Shown here one piece after another: positions 63,801 through 64,000 of a stretch of 64,000 nt of DNA (positions are counted from its first letter, which is position 1; every line of letters begins with the position of its first letter). The stretch is taken from positions 45,508,001-45,572,000 of the forward strand of contig CAIIXF020000001.1 of NCBI GenBank assembly GCA_903813345.2. Direction: 5' to 3'. The translations under genes were made by a program, and so were the position numbers. The DNA comes from Owenia fusiformis. Lineage: Eukaryota. Under the pieces are notes generated by a model. The model saw only the letters and a list, made by a program, of their open reading frames with translations, was not told the origin of the DNA and made no database searches.

Positions 63801-64000
63801 ATTTCGCCTTTTTTAACACCGGACAGGGGTATTGATTAGCCCAAGACTCGGCCATGAATTGTTCACTTTTGATTTAATAAACGAGGCTTTTGTATGAGAG
63901 CATTAGACCGAGACCGATAGATATGTGTTCCTAAGTTTCGAATATGAATTATATCAAGTTATAAAGAATGTGTACTAATCTAAAAGTATACATTTAACAT

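Overview
AT-rich eukaryotic (animal) genomic DNA. The repeat landscape (Helentron/HINE-like elements, TGACCT-rich arrays, many MITEs) suggests a mollusc, probably a bivalve; this is inference. Two spliced genes can be built by hand on the + strand. (1) An orexin/allatotropin-receptor-like class A GPCR (ATG 5855; exons 5855-6307, 41060-41453, 42173-42320, 43305-43417) has a 34.8-kb first intron and two phase-compatible, paralogous last exons (43966-44141 and 46352-46533) that encode different helix-8/C-tails. Each last exon is followed by a different CACTGGT-ended foldback element with a 5-bp TSD. (2) The 5' part of a secreted signal peptide + coiled-coil + LDLa protein resembles giant extracellular haemoglobin (erythrocruorin) linker chains (exons 56373-56527, 59429-59538, 60034-60104, 62288-62345; continues beyond the window). 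Its two LDLa exons are missing from the ORF track. The rest is dense in non-autonomous DNA transposons with readable TIRs and TSDs (CACTA-like 6.8 kb carrying a 154-bp satellite, Tc1/mariner, Transib-like, MULE foldback, Kolobok-like, Ginger-like, HINE), plus a 5'-truncated Tx1/L1-like LINE, a 562-bp tandem triplication and many long palindromes. Family names were assigned by eye from termini and motifs; no database searches were run.
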